Positions 29,340 to 39,413 are shown, counted from the first letter of the stretch. The stretch is DNA of 64,000 bases from Promethearchaeota archaeon (GCA_048938105.1 JBHLMN010000003.1:256001-320000); one strand, 5' to 3'. The notes: a model not told the origin generated them from the sequence alone. A program made the numbers and translations.

Positions 29340-32300
29340 GTGCAAATGATTCTGATTTCAAATCAATTTCGAAGAGTTCTTCTTTTTTGTCTATTAATCC
29401 TAACTATAACAATTATAGTAGACATTAAACTCATTAAAAGTCCTCCAGCTAATGATATCAAGAGGTTGACTAATAATTCTCCTTTGTTATCGTCTATTAA
29501 GGAACCAATATCAAATTCACGAGAACTTATAGACTTTAATTATTTTGGTGACCAAATTACTGCTAGATACTTCAACAATATTAAAAATCATATAGGCAAT
29601 TTTTCTGGTTTCGGAAGTCGTGTTACGGGTTATACGGGATATGAACAAGCAACTAATTATATCCAAAATTTCTTCATAAAACAAAATTTAACACAGGTAC
29701 AAACCCTTTCGTATCCTCTCCTAATTCCGTATGATCGTGAGACAAGAATTACTCTTAAGGGGGAAAATTTTACAGCTCATGCTTTTATACCTAATTCTGC
29801 TCATGCTTGCAAAATTCCCTCTAATGGTTTATCTGGTACTTTAATTTATGGTGGCTTGGGAGAATACGCAGATTTAGATGGCAAAAAGATTGAAGATTCA
29901 ATTGTAGTTCTTGAATTCAATACTTGGAGCAATTGGATCAATGTGGCAAGTCTTGGAGCTCAAGCTGTCATTTTCTTACCACCAAAAGAACCTGATCGCT
30001 TTGAAGCTGCAGAGAAATCCATCGATATCCCCCTTTTCTTCCCCCGAATTTATATTAATAACACAATCTCTGCTGAAACCATAAGAAAGCTAAGTAATGA
30101 TAGGAATCATACTATCACACTTTTTTCAGACGTAAAATGGGTGTACAGTGAAGCAAAAAATATCATGGGAATTTTACCTGGATTGGATGATGAAATCATA
30201 ATTATATCTGCACATTATGATTCTTTTTCTGTAGTTCCTGCTATTGCTCCTGGTGCAGATGAAGCTTGTGGTATTGCGACTTTACTTGAACTTGTTCGCG
30301 TCATGAGAGATGAAAATATCACCCCCCAAAAAACAATAATGTTTTTAGCCCTCTCTGGTCATAATCAGGCTGCAGCAGGAGCAAGGGAATTTGTCTATCA
30401 AAATTATGAAATTTTAAATGCCAAAAAAGGGATTAAACTTTTTCTATCCCTTGATCTTTCAGCATCAAATAATAAAATCGCAATTAATCCCTATGGGTCC
30501 CTTTATAAGTATAATCTTAGATTTACCTCTGGAAACAACCTTTACACGAGGTTAAGAAATATTGCTGAAGATTTTCTGAGTGAATATGCCTCAAATATTC
30601 GTAAGGCTACTGGTTATTTGTTTAATGTTGAATCATATGTTAATTTGCAATATTTTGATGATATCGTGTCAATGAGCCCCATTGGGGATCATGAACCATT
30701 TATTGCCTCGAATGTATTAGGATTATCGCTTTCTACTATAGAATCTGATCGTTTAGTTATTAACACCCCATTAGACCTGGTTAATTATCTTCAACTTGAT
30801 ATGCTTAAATCGCAAGTTGTATACTCAATTTGTGCTATAGTACAGTTAGTCAGTTCTGAGAAAAATCTCGGAGATTATCTTGATTTAGCTCATAGAGAAT
30901 TCTCGTTGAAATCCTCGACATTTGTTGGATTTGGTAATATTGAAGGTTATTGTAAAGAATATAATGAGACAACAGGACGGTTAACTAACGTAGCTAATAC
31001 TGTAATTCGGGTAACCTCACGTGACCCAACTACAGGTATCCAAGGAATATGTTCTTATTATACCAAAGCTGATAAAAATGGATATTATCAAGTAAGAGGA
31101 GTCTCTTCTTCACGCCCTGATAATCCTCTTGAATTCTCTGTAGAAGCTTACATTTTTGATTTTGAAGGGAAATTGATAGGAGCGAATAATTTAGGCTCAT
31201 ATGGCCAAGCTTTTAAAAGAACGAAGCAATTAATCAGTAAAGAAACAACAATTAATCCAATGATATTTAATTGTGGCACAATTAGTATTTTTGGAGTATC
31301 ACATCCTTATTTTCAATATTCTTCGGCAGAGTTTCTCAATTACAAAGTTCTACATCCTGAAACCCAGATACAGCATTTTTCACATGGTTATTTAAGTACA
31401 AAATCCGCTAGTCTCGTATTTGTCTCTCCAAATACACCAGCAATATTAATTGGAGAATTTCCAGACGGAGTACAAGGAGTTTATGCAACAAATTCTAGTA
31501 CAGATATATTACAGGGATGGGGATTTCAGGTTCAAGAAGGTGAATTCAAAAATCTAGGTTTTTCAGCATTCATTACTTCTGAAGATATTCTATCCTTAAC
31601 ACAAGCATACATTGACCTTTATAAATCCTATAGTATTTATAATGATCAAGTTGAAAGAACCTTCCAGAGAACATTAACACTTATTGAGTCTGCAATTCAT
31701 CTAAAACAAGAGTTTGGATATTCAAAAGCTATTGAAACAATAATTGAGGCTCGAACCTGTTCATATAGTGCCCTTAATCAAGCTAAAAACGAAATTATGG
31801 GAGCAATGTCAGCAGCGCTTCTTTTTGCCTTTTTATTCATTCCGTTTTCGTTTATATTGTCTCAGCTTCTTTTTAATTTTAATTCATGGGTTAAGCAGGT
31901 TCTTATAACATGTTCGATCTATTCCCTAACGTTTAGCATTTTCTACTTAATTCATCCAGGGTTTCAGATCGCTCCTCATCTTATTATTACCCTTATAGGC
32001 ATTATTAATGTTGTCTCTGTTCTCATTGTAGTTTATTTTTTCTCTCATGGAAGCCTTGATTTCCTTAGAAGACAGCGTACAAGAATGTTAGGTCCCCATT
32101 TTATGGACACAAGTTATACGTCAGCAATTTCTATTGCTTTTAAAACTGGGATCTCTAGAATGAAGAAACATAAATATCAAACAACTATCACTCTTTTAAG
32201 TATTTGTCTGTTAACTTTTGCATTAACTCTATTAACGTCTGCAAGTGCTCTTTTTAAGAATAATATTCTTGTTTTAGGATTACCTATTTTTATAGCAATA

Positions 32301-33098
32301 CTACTAATGATAAATACCTCAGTTACTGTTGTATACTCATCAAAGAGAGAGATTTCTATATTCACATCATTAGGGGTTACCCCAACCCATATTATATCCC
32401 TATTCTTAGTAGAATTTCTTGTATCTGCCATTATAGGATCTGTAATTGGTTATTTGGGAGGAGTAACTTTCATTAGAATAGTTTCAACAATTGGGCTTAT
32501 TCCAAAAACGTTACCCATCAATTATTCCTCTGGGGCTGTTGTTACTACTTTAGCTTTTAGCATGGTTGGAATGTTCTTGAGTATAATCTATCCACTAAAA
32601 ATATCTAGTCGAATGTCTGTACCCTCTCTTAAAAGAACCTGGGTATTGACTACAGTACCAGTAGAAGATGGAACAAAATGGAATATACCGTTACCAGTTG
32701 TTACGGCTAGTGAACAAGAAGCTGAAGGAATTATCGTATTTCTAATGGAATTTTTCGTAATATTCAAATCCGAGAGTGTGGGAGGCCCATTTTTTGTGAA
32801 TAATATTGATATAAAAAACTTCAAAGGAAAGGCAAAGCTTATAACTGCTACTGTTACTCTAGCGCCATTTGATATGGGAATAAAGCAAACTATGAAATTT
32901 TTCACCTTTTTTGATAGAAAACAAGATCATTGGACGTTTGAGATTGAATTAGTCCGCTTGGAGGGCGTATTAATAGCATGGGAAGCCTCAGTCAAACGAT
33001 TTATAGGCAATATTAGAAAGCAGTTACTTATTTGGAAAAGTCTCTCTGAAGAAGAGAAAGTAGTAAAGATTGAACGATTTCAACAAGAATTCTCATAA
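29340..33098 (+). CDS. PA + M28-peptidase-like ectodomain fused to an FtsX/MacB-type permease (paralog A)
   Basis: N-terminal TM/signal, GSRVTGY, PA domain (GTLIYGGLG...IVVLEFN), SAHYDS, GADEACG, GDHEPF. FtsX motif KREISIFTSLG...FLVEF. Soluble C-terminal domain. Confidence 0.8.
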   Translation: MQMILISNQFRRVLLFCLLILTITIIVDIKLIKSPPANDIKRLTNNSPLLSSIKEPISNSRELIDFNYFGDQITARYFNNIKNHIGNFSGFGSRVTGYTGYEQATNYIQNFFIKQNLTQVQTLSYPLLIPYDRETRITLKGENFTAHAFIPNSAHACKIPSNGLSGTLIYGGLGEYADLDGKKIEDSIVVLEFNTWSNWINVASLGAQAVIFLPPKEPDRFEAAEKSIDIPLFFPRIYINNTISAETIRKLSNDRNHTITLFSDVKWVYSEAKNIMGILPGLDDEIIIISAHYDSFSVVPAIAPGADEACGIATLLELVRVMRDENITPQKTIMFLALSGHNQAAAGAREFVYQNYEILNAKKGIKLFLSLDLSASNNKIAINPYGSLYKYNLRFTSGNNLYTRLRNIAEDFLSEYASNIRKATGYLFNVESYVNLQYFDDIVSMSPIGDHEPFIASNVLGLSLSTIESDRLVINTPLDLVNYLQLDMLKSQVVYSICAIVQLVSSEKNLGDYLDLAHREFSLKSSTFVGFGNIEGYCKEYNETTGRLTNVANTVIRVTSRDPTTGIQGICSYYTKADKNGYYQVRGVSSSRPDNPLEFSVEAYIFDFEGKLIGANNLGSYGQAFKRTKQLISKETTINPMIFNCGTISIFGVSHPYFQYSSAEFLNYKVLHPETQIQHFSHGYLSTKSASLVFVSPNTPAILIGEFPDGVQGVYATNSSTDILQGWGFQVQEGEFKNLGFSAFITSEDILSLTQAYIDLYKSYSIYNDQVERTFQRTLTLIESAIHLKQEFGYSKAIETIIEARTCSYSALNQAKNEIMGAMSAALLFAFLFIPFSFILSQLLFNFNSWVKQVLITCSIYSLTFSIFYLIHPGFQIAPHLIITLIGIINVVSVLIVVYFFSHGSLDFLRRQRTRMLGPHFMDTSYTSAISIAFKTGISRMKKHKYQTTITLLSICLLTFALTLLTSASALFKNNILVLGLPIFIAILLMINTSVTVVYSSKREISIFTSLGVTPTHIISLFLVEFLVSAIIGSVIGYLGGVTFIRIVSTIGLIPKTLPINYSSGAVVTTLAFSMVGMFLSIIYPLKISSRMSVPSLKRTWVLTTVPVEDGTKWNIPLPVVTASEQEAEGIIVFLMEFFVIFKSESVGGPFFVNNIDIKNFKGKAKLITATVTLAPFDMGIKQTMKFFTFFDRKQDHWTFEIELVRLEGVLIAWEASVKRFIGNIRKQLLIWKSLSEEEKVVKIERFQQEFS

Positions 33099-33144
33099 AT
33101 ATTTCATTAAATCCTTTGAATAATGAGTTAAAAATTAAAAGCAT

Positions 33145-34506
33145 GTGATTTATTTGGCTAACGAACCGAAGATTGTTGTAATTGGAGCAGGAAGTACAAA
33201 TTTTTGTTTTGTAACGTTAAAAGACATAGTAGAAGAGGAAAAACTTCAAAATGCAACGCTCTGTATGGTTGATACTAATGAGCGTAACTTAAATCTGGTT
33301 TCATCTTTGGCTAAGGTGCTAAAAACCCGCTATCAATCTAAAATAGAATTGATCGCTGATATGAATCGAGAAAAGGTATTAGAGGACGCTGATTTTGTGA
33401 TATTGTCCATTGGGGTTGATCGTGAGCAAACGTGGGAAACTGATTTCGAGATAGCAAAAAAATTTGATATTTGGCATTACGCAGAAAATGGCGGCCCAGG
33501 AGCTTTTGGTCATACAGCTAGAAACCTCGCTGTTGTTATGCCAATACTGTATGACATTCATGATTTGGCATCAAACACATGGCTAATAAATTTCACAAAT
33601 CCATTATCCAAAATTCACTACGCAGCAAAAGACTATGCAAAAGTGAATTGTGTAAGCTTTTGCCATCAGTACTGGTATGGCTTTTACATCTTGGGACACA
33701 TACTTACTGATGATTTAGGAATTTGTAAGGATGCAAATTTATCATATCTTGACTATCGAAACAAAGCTTTGAAGGAATATAACGTCTTAGCAGCAGGGTT
33801 GAATCACTTTACTTGGATGTTAGAGGTACGAAGAAAGTCAAATGGTGAAGATCTCTATCCATTAATCCGACAAAAAATAGACAAATTACCACCCACTTAT
33901 GAAGCTTTGACAAGGCATATTTTTAAAATATTTAAACTTCTCCCTGTTCCAGGTGAGACCCATCTTTCTGAATATCTTCCATATACTGCCCAAAAAGAAA
34001 ACTGGGAGAAATATAATCTTTATCCCTTCAATTTTGATGAAAATAGGCAAAATAAAGTCAAAAATTGGCAACTAATAAAAGAAATAATTGAGGGGAAACT
34101 CCAAGTTGAGATATTAAAGCCAGATCAGGCTGAAAGAATTGCAAATTTAATTACAGAAATATATACAGATGCTTCTGCCTTTGAACCTGCATTGAATATT
34201 GAAAATAATGGAGCAATAGCAAATCTACCGACGGATGCGGTAGTTGAAGTTCCATGTTTAGTGAATAAAAAGGGAGGCTTAGGTATCTGTGTCGGTAAAC
34301 TACCAGAAGCAATCGCAACTTTATGCAACAATGAAATTTCGATTGCAAAATTAATTACTAAAGCATCAGTTGAAGGAGATAAAGAAGCTGGGATTCAAGC
34401 ATTCGCATTAGATCCAATGATAAACGATCTTGATTTAGCAGAAAAGTTATTTCATGAATATTTAGAGACATTTAAGGATGTTCTCCCCCAATTTACCGAT
34501 TTGTGA
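33145..34506 (+). CDS. GH4 NAD+-dependent glycosidase (alpha-galactosidase/MelA-like)
   Basis: KIVVIGAGS, ENGGPG, NFTNP, FCH, GLNHFTW, N-x-x-N-x-GAI-x-NLP-x-x-AVVEVP, ALDP. Confidence 0.9.
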   Translation: MIYLANEPKIVVIGAGSTNFCFVTLKDIVEEEKLQNATLCMVDTNERNLNLVSSLAKVLKTRYQSKIELIADMNREKVLEDADFVILSIGVDREQTWETDFEIAKKFDIWHYAENGGPGAFGHTARNLAVVMPILYDIHDLASNTWLINFTNPLSKIHYAAKDYAKVNCVSFCHQYWYGFYILGHILTDDLGICKDANLSYLDYRNKALKEYNVLAAGLNHFTWMLEVRRKSNGEDLYPLIRQKIDKLPPTYEALTRHIFKIFKLLPVPGETHLSEYLPYTAQKENWEKYNLYPFNFDENRQNKVKNWQLIKEIIEGKLQVEILKPDQAERIANLITEIYTDASAFEPALNIENNGAIANLPTDAVVEVPCLVNKKGGLGICVGKLPEAIATLCNNEISIAKLITKASVEGDKEAGIQAFALDPMINDLDLAEKLFHEYLETFKDVLPQFTDL

Positions 34507-34529
34507 GTTATTACATTATTATTCAAATT

Positions 34530-35465
34530 TCATAAAGGTTCTCTCGAATCAGTTAAACATAAATTGACCAATTCATCTATTTTAGCAGTACCAACACACA
34601 TGACTTTATCAGCACCACCCCAGTATAATTTCAGAGTACCATCATCTTCAGGAACAGCCCCACAGGTAAAAACCACGTTATGTACATACCCAGTCACTTC
34701 CCAAGGATCTTCAGGCTGTAGAATCCATTGATCACCTACACCCAAAACTATAGCAGGATCATCCAACTTATGTAGAGCGACTCCTAAACGATAAACGGAT
34801 CCATCCATAGTAGGGAAAACTCCATGATAGATACTCAACCATCCTTCTTCTGTGCGGATTGGAGGAGCACCAGGACCGATTTTCATTTCATCCCAATGAT
34901 ACATAACTGGTTTCATTACAATACGGGAATCCCCCCAATACTTCAAATCAGAAGAGAAACTTATCCAAATCGACCAGGGACTAATATCTGAATGAGGTCT
35001 ATCTAATTTTACATATCTTCCATTGATCTTTTCAGGGAATAAAACAGTGTTCCGATAATCTGCTTGAGTAATAAAAGCGATCCTTTTTACTGACTCAAAA
35101 TCCTGAGTTTTTGCTAGCCCTATACGAACGCCATGTCTTGAATAAGCACTGTAAGTAATGTAATGAGTATCTTCTATGAAAGTGATGCGAGGATCTTCAA
35201 CTCCAAATTCCTCATATTCTTTGAAAATCCCGTTGTCAGCAGGGATCATAAAAGGTTCTTCTCTAGACGTAAAATTAAATCCATCTTGGCTCTCAGCAAT
35301 ACCAATGATGGACCTCCCATTTTTACGATGCGAGCGGAATAACATTATATATCTAGAATCATGTTTTACGACACCTGCATTATGCACTGTCTCAACAGCA
35401 TAGGGAATATCATTTACTGTTAATATTGGATTCTTTTCATAACGCTTTACAAAATCTCGTTTCAT
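34530..35465 (-). CDS. GH130 beta-mannoside phosphorylase (GH130_2-like)
   Basis: NPIL, HNAGV, GVEDPRIT, YRNTVLFPEKING, KIGPGAPP, YHGV, NVVFTCG, YWGGAD. Confidence 0.9.
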   Translation of the reverse strand: MKRDFVKRYEKNPILTVNDIPYAVETVHNAGVVKHDSRYIMLFRSHRKNGRSIIGIAESQDGFNFTSREEPFMIPADNGIFKEYEEFGVEDPRITFIEDTHYITYSAYSRHGVRIGLAKTQDFESVKRIAFITQADYRNTVLFPEKINGRYVKLDRPHSDISPWSIWISFSSDLKYWGDSRIVMKPVMYHWDEMKIGPGAPPIRTEEGWLSIYHGVFPTMDGSVYRLGVALHKLDDPAIVLGVGDQWILQPEDPWEVTGYVHNVVFTCGAVPEDDGTLKLYWGGADKVMCVGTAKIDELVNLCLTDSREPL

Positions 35466-35563
35466 ATTGCAATCCCTTCAAAGCTTTAATTTGAGAAATC
35501 AATCCTTCATTCAAACTGAGAGTTAGATTAACAGAGAAAATGTATACATAACATTTAAATTTC

Positions 35564-36496
35564 TTAATTCGATCTAATTGTAAGTTTAACCATCTTTTCT
35601 ATCTTACTGCGTGTTTTTGTTGAAGGCTTATCTTTCATATAGAAAATTAAGCAATAAATATCATTCTTCTCTTGATTAGACCATAAATAAGTATCGAAAT
35701 ATTTCTTGCCAATTAGAGCTTTTTTCTTGGATCTTTGAATACTTCGCCAAACTACTATCTTTTTCTTGTAATAAAGTCTTTTGAATTCTACGGGAAGATA
35801 TCGCGATGGTATTCCTGGAAGATTTTCCTTATAGTACTCCCTGAACCATTTAGGCATCTCATCTGGATTGAAGATTTTTTGATCAGCTAATCCAATACGG
35901 TAAGCAAAGAGATCTAGTGTTTCATCTCTAAGATGGAGAAAAGTCAGTCCAATCAAGAACTCTCTTTTGATTAAGTTGCTATTTAGAAATGGAGTGTGGA
36001 TTTGGAGGTTTGGAGCTGACCAGATCGAGAATATACTCTCTGGATGGCAATTGATGTTTGCCATTATCTCCCTAATTCGAGGCTTTTCTTCCGATTTTTT
36101 TGATGTGAGAAACTGAGAAGTACAAATTATTAATCGTTCTGTTTTATTACAGATCCAAACCATTAAATAGCCTTGAACTTTTTCCTTTTCTAATTCCCAG
36201 TATATATATTTTGCATTATGTCCATTTATTTTCTGTGATCCTTCAGTTTTTCTTTTGATTTTTCTATATGACTTTTTTAACGATTTAAAATAATCCTCAA
36301 TAACTGTACTAATTTTGGGAGCTTTCTTGTCAAGCTTAGCCCAACTTAACTCCATTTTTTTTTCTTTAGAATCTCGAAAACCAAAATAACCAGTTTTTTC
36401 TTGAGACTTTTTCCTGTCTTTTTTTTCAAAAAACATAAACCAATTATTTGGAACTTTAACCAGAATATGCTGCCAACCAAGCGTCTGATATTTCAT
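35564..36496 (-). CDS. Basic soluble hypothetical protein (possible PsbP/Mog1/DcrB-like fold)
   Basis: 310-aa ORF. LGWQ-x4-VPNNW start, two similarly patterned halves, INGHNA segment. Confidence 0.7.
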   Translation of the reverse strand: MKYQTLGWQHILVKVPNNWFMFFEKKDRKKSQEKTGYFGFRDSKEKKMELSWAKLDKKAPKISTVIEDYFKSLKKSYRKIKRKTEGSQKINGHNAKYIYWELEKEKVQGYLMVWICNKTERLIICTSQFLTSKKSEEKPRIREIMANINCHPESIFSIWSAPNLQIHTPFLNSNLIKREFLIGLTFLHLRDETLDLFAYRIGLADQKIFNPDEMPKWFREYYKENLPGIPSRYLPVEFKRLYYKKKIVVWRSIQRSKKKALIGKKYFDTYLWSNQEKNDIYCLIFYMKDKPSTKTRSKIEKMVKLTIRSN

Positions 36497-36566
36497 CTTA
36501 ATTCCATCAAGAAAACTAAAATCATTTAAAATTCTTTTCGTTAAACCGTAGTGAGGTATTCAAGAT

Positions 36567-37625
36567 TTGTATATGAAAGTAGCTCGGTTTGAAAGTCCTT
36601 TCAACATTAAAATAAGACAATGCAAAACTCCAACGATAGGAGATAATGATCTACTAATTAATGTAGCTTATTGTGGAATTTGTGGAACAGACATTCACAT
36701 TTATGAAGGTCAACTACCTTTTGTCACGTTCCCAATTGTTCCCGGACACGAATTTTCGGGAACAATAAAAGCTATGGGAGCCAAAGTATCTAATTTTGCG
36801 ATAGGAGAGAAAGTAACAGTCAATCCAAACCTCTCATGCAAAGATCATGGTTATAGTTTCGATGAGTATTGTTATTATTGCAAGAAAAATCGTCCTCATT
36901 TCTGTATTAATTGGGAGGCTATTGGAGTGACAAGGAACGGTGGTTTTTCGGAATTCGTTGTTTGTCCTAGCACTTCTGCATATAAAGTACCCCATAATGT
37001 ATCTCTATCAGAAGCAGCTTTTGTGGAACCAATAGCTTGTTGTTTACATGGTCTTCAAAAAGTAAATATAAATTCTGAAAACACAGTGTTGGTTATCGGG
37101 GCGGGACCAATTGGGTTATTGATGGTGTCCCTAATTAAATCATTATATTGCGCAAAAATCATCGTAAGTGAACCTAATCATTCTCGTAGACGTCTGGCAA
37201 CCCAACTTGGTGCAGATATTACGGTTGATCCAACAGATGAAGTCTTAGAAGATGTAGTAAAAAGAGAAACAGAGAATTTTGGGGTCGATGTGTCGATAGA
37301 GGCAGTTGGATTGACAAAAACCTCACTTGAAGCAATAAAATGTTTAAACAAATGTGGAAAAGCTTTATTATTCGGTGTTTCAAAACATGGAGACACAATT
37401 AAGTTAAATCTCTTTGAATTGTACAGTAAAGAGCTATCGTTATATGGTAGTTTTACCAATCCATATGAAAACGACAAGGCTCTTAAAATTCTAGAGAATA
37501 AGGCAATTCCAGTTTCAACATTAATTTCACACACGCTTCCAATTGATAAGTTGGAAGAAGGACTAAATTTAATAAAAAACAAAACACTAGACGCGAAAAA
37601 GATACTTATACGGATTAAAGAATAA
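36567..37625 (+). CDS. Zn-dependent (MDR) sugar/polyol dehydrogenase
   Basis: CGICGTD, PGHEFSG, structural Zn Cys cluster, GAGPIG. ATG 36573 after GAGGT is the likely start. Confidence 0.9.
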   Translation: MYMKVARFESPFNIKIRQCKTPTIGDNDLLINVAYCGICGTDIHIYEGQLPFVTFPIVPGHEFSGTIKAMGAKVSNFAIGEKVTVNPNLSCKDHGYSFDEYCYYCKKNRPHFCINWEAIGVTRNGGFSEFVVCPSTSAYKVPHNVSLSEAAFVEPIACCLHGLQKVNINSENTVLVIGAGPIGLLMVSLIKSLYCAKIIVSEPNHSRRRLATQLGADITVDPTDEVLEDVVKRETENFGVDVSIEAVGLTKTSLEAIKCLNKCGKALLFGVSKHGDTIKLNLFELYSKELSLYGSFTNPYENDKALKILENKAIPVSTLISHTLPIDKLEEGLNLIKNKTLDAKKILIRIKE

Positions 37626-37706
37626 GTTAAAAACAAAATTCCAAAATTAGATTATCTCAAAAATATAAAGGATTTATAATTTAAAACAACAGAAAAGGTG
37701 TAAACT

Positions 37707-38069
37707 CTGACAGATCAGGTAATCCAATGTCCCTGTGGGCAATTTATAGAAGATTATAGTCAATATCAATTACTTTATCTTAAGAAGGAGATGGAAGAGA
37801 TTGATATTCTCTGCCCAAACGATTTTTGTTATCTTAGAGAACTCGGATTCTTAAAATTTTCAATTGATAATTCGGGACACATAAAATTAAATATAGGCCG
37901 ATTTTACGCACCATATGTAACTTGGAATGCCACACGGATGTCAGAAGAGACGATAGTCAAAACATTAAAACAACATCTTATTGAGATCACTGAGAAACAT
38001 GTTTCTTGGGAAAAAGTGAAAGAAGACTTTCTAAAGAAAAAGACTAAACAAACTTCAAAGGAGGCTTGA
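37707..38069 (+). CDS. Small 4-Cys (CPC...CPNDFC) putative Zn-binding protein, probable CTG start
   Basis: The reading frame extends 28 codons upstream of ATG 37791 (LTDQVIQCPCGQ...) to stop TAA 37701-37703. CTG 37707 lies 6 nt after AAGGTG. Confidence 0.7.
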   Translation: MTDQVIQCPCGQFIEDYSQYQLLYLKKEMEEIDILCPNDFCYLRELGFLKFSIDNSGHIKLNIGRFYAPYVTWNATRMSEETIVKTLKQHLIEITEKHVSWEKVKEDFLKKKTKQTSKEA

Positions 38070-38674
38070 AATTGAGTCTAGATCTGCCTGAACCCGAATT
38101 TCCATTCTTGGATGTTTTGTATCTATCGTTTTCTAATATCCGGCGAAGATTTTTCCGTTCTATTATCACTGCTTTAGGAGTAATTCTAGGAATTGCGTTT
38201 ATGGCAGCTCTTCTTACTAACTCTCTTACATTAGGGTTAATGGAAGAAGAATCTGAAGTAGAAGCCTACCAATACTGGTTAGTCGGAATATCATTAGTAG
38301 TTTGTTTTGGTGGTATAACTAATAGCATGTTGATGGCAGTTAATGAGAGAGTTAAAGAAATAGGCGTATATAAATGTATTGGAGGGTTGGATACTCATAT
38401 AATACGATTATTCATTGTAGAAGCTCTTCTTCTGGGCATTCTAGGAGGATCTATAGGAGGCATTGTGGGTATAAGCATAGGAATAGCTATAAACCTTAAT
38501 CGTTTTACTTGGGATCAAATATCCTCTGTTCTATTGCTAAACAGTTTTTCACTTGTTCTTTTGTTTGTTTTTTGTTTAGGAATCTCAATGGTTTTAACAG
38601 CACTAGCAACATACCTTCCAGCTCGAAGAGCAGCGAATTTATCCCCAGCAGAAGCCTTAAGATATGAAAATTGA
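38066..38674 (+). CDS. Small FtsX-like ABC permease (4 TM, no ectodomain)
   Basis: RSIITALGVILGIA, NSMLMAVNERVKEIGVYKCIG, FIVEALLLG, YLPARRAANLSPAEALRYE. Confidence 0.9.
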   Translation: MKLSLDLPEPEFPFLDVLYLSFSNIRRRFFRSIITALGVILGIAFMAALLTNSLTLGLMEEESEVEAYQYWLVGISLVVCFGGITNSMLMAVNERVKEIGVYKCIGGLDTHIIRLFIVEALLLGILGGSIGGIVGISIGIAINLNRFTWDQISSVLLLNSFSLVLLFVFCLGISMVLTALATYLPARRAANLSPAEALRYEN

Positions 38675-38677
38675 ACT

Positions 38678-39412
38678 GTGTTGGTATTTATGAGTCTTGA
38701 AGAATATGTCGTTGAAATCACTGATGTATTTAAGGAGTATTCATTGGGGAAGGTTGTAATTCCAGCTCTTCAAGGAATTTCCTTCAAAATAAAACGAGAG
38801 GAATATGTTTCTATAATGGGACCCTCAGGGAGTGGAAAAAGTACACTTTTTAATGTGATCGGAGGGTTAGACATAGTTACAAGTGGAGAAATATTTATTG
38901 ACCAAGTAGACATAGCAGAGCTAGATGCTTATGAATTAGCTTGGCTTCGTAATCGTAAAATTGGATATATCTTTCAAACTTTTAACTTACTGTTAGCATT
39001 CACCGCTCAAGAAAATGTTGAGACTCCTATGGTATTTGCGGGAGTACCAAGAGAAGAAAGAAGAAAAAGGTCAAGAGAGATTTTGAGACTAGTGGGTCTA
39101 GAGCATAGAGCAAAAAACAAACCAGGTCAACTTTCAGGTGGACAACAACAAAGAGTAGCAATAGCACGAGCACTAGCAAACAATCCGGCAATTGTTCTTG
39201 CAGATGAACCGACTGGAAACTTGGATTTAGCAACCGGTTTAGAAATCATTGGATTACTAAAGAAACTAAATGTAGAAGAAGGAACAACAATCGTTACCGC
39301 AACACATGATTTGAAAATGATTAATATTAGTGATAGAATCATATGGATCCGTGATGGGAAAGTGGATAGGATTGAAGATCGTGCGGATGTCCATATTAGC
39401 TTAAAATCATGA
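38678..39412 (+). CDS. ABC ATP-binding protein, LolD/MacB-type
   Basis: [48 protein letters not shown]. Confidence 0.93.
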   Translation: MLVFMSLEEYVVEITDVFKEYSLGKVVIPALQGISFKIKREEYVSIMGPSGSGKSTLFNVIGGLDIVTSGEIFIDQVDIAELDAYELAWLRNRKIGYIFQTFNLLLAFTAQENVETPMVFAGVPREERRKRSREILRLVGLEHRAKNKPGQLSGGQQQRVAIARALANNPAIVLADEPTGNLDLATGLEIIGLLKKLNVEEGTTIVTATHDLKMINISDRIIWIRDGKVDRIEDRADVHISLKS

Positions 39413-39413
39413 A

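Noticed and set aside
36541-36549. TTAAACCGT, identical to the left arm of the 908-928 palindrome, in a divergent promoter
   Set aside because: Only a half-site; a single 9-mer match in 64 kb of AT-rich DNA is compatible with chance.
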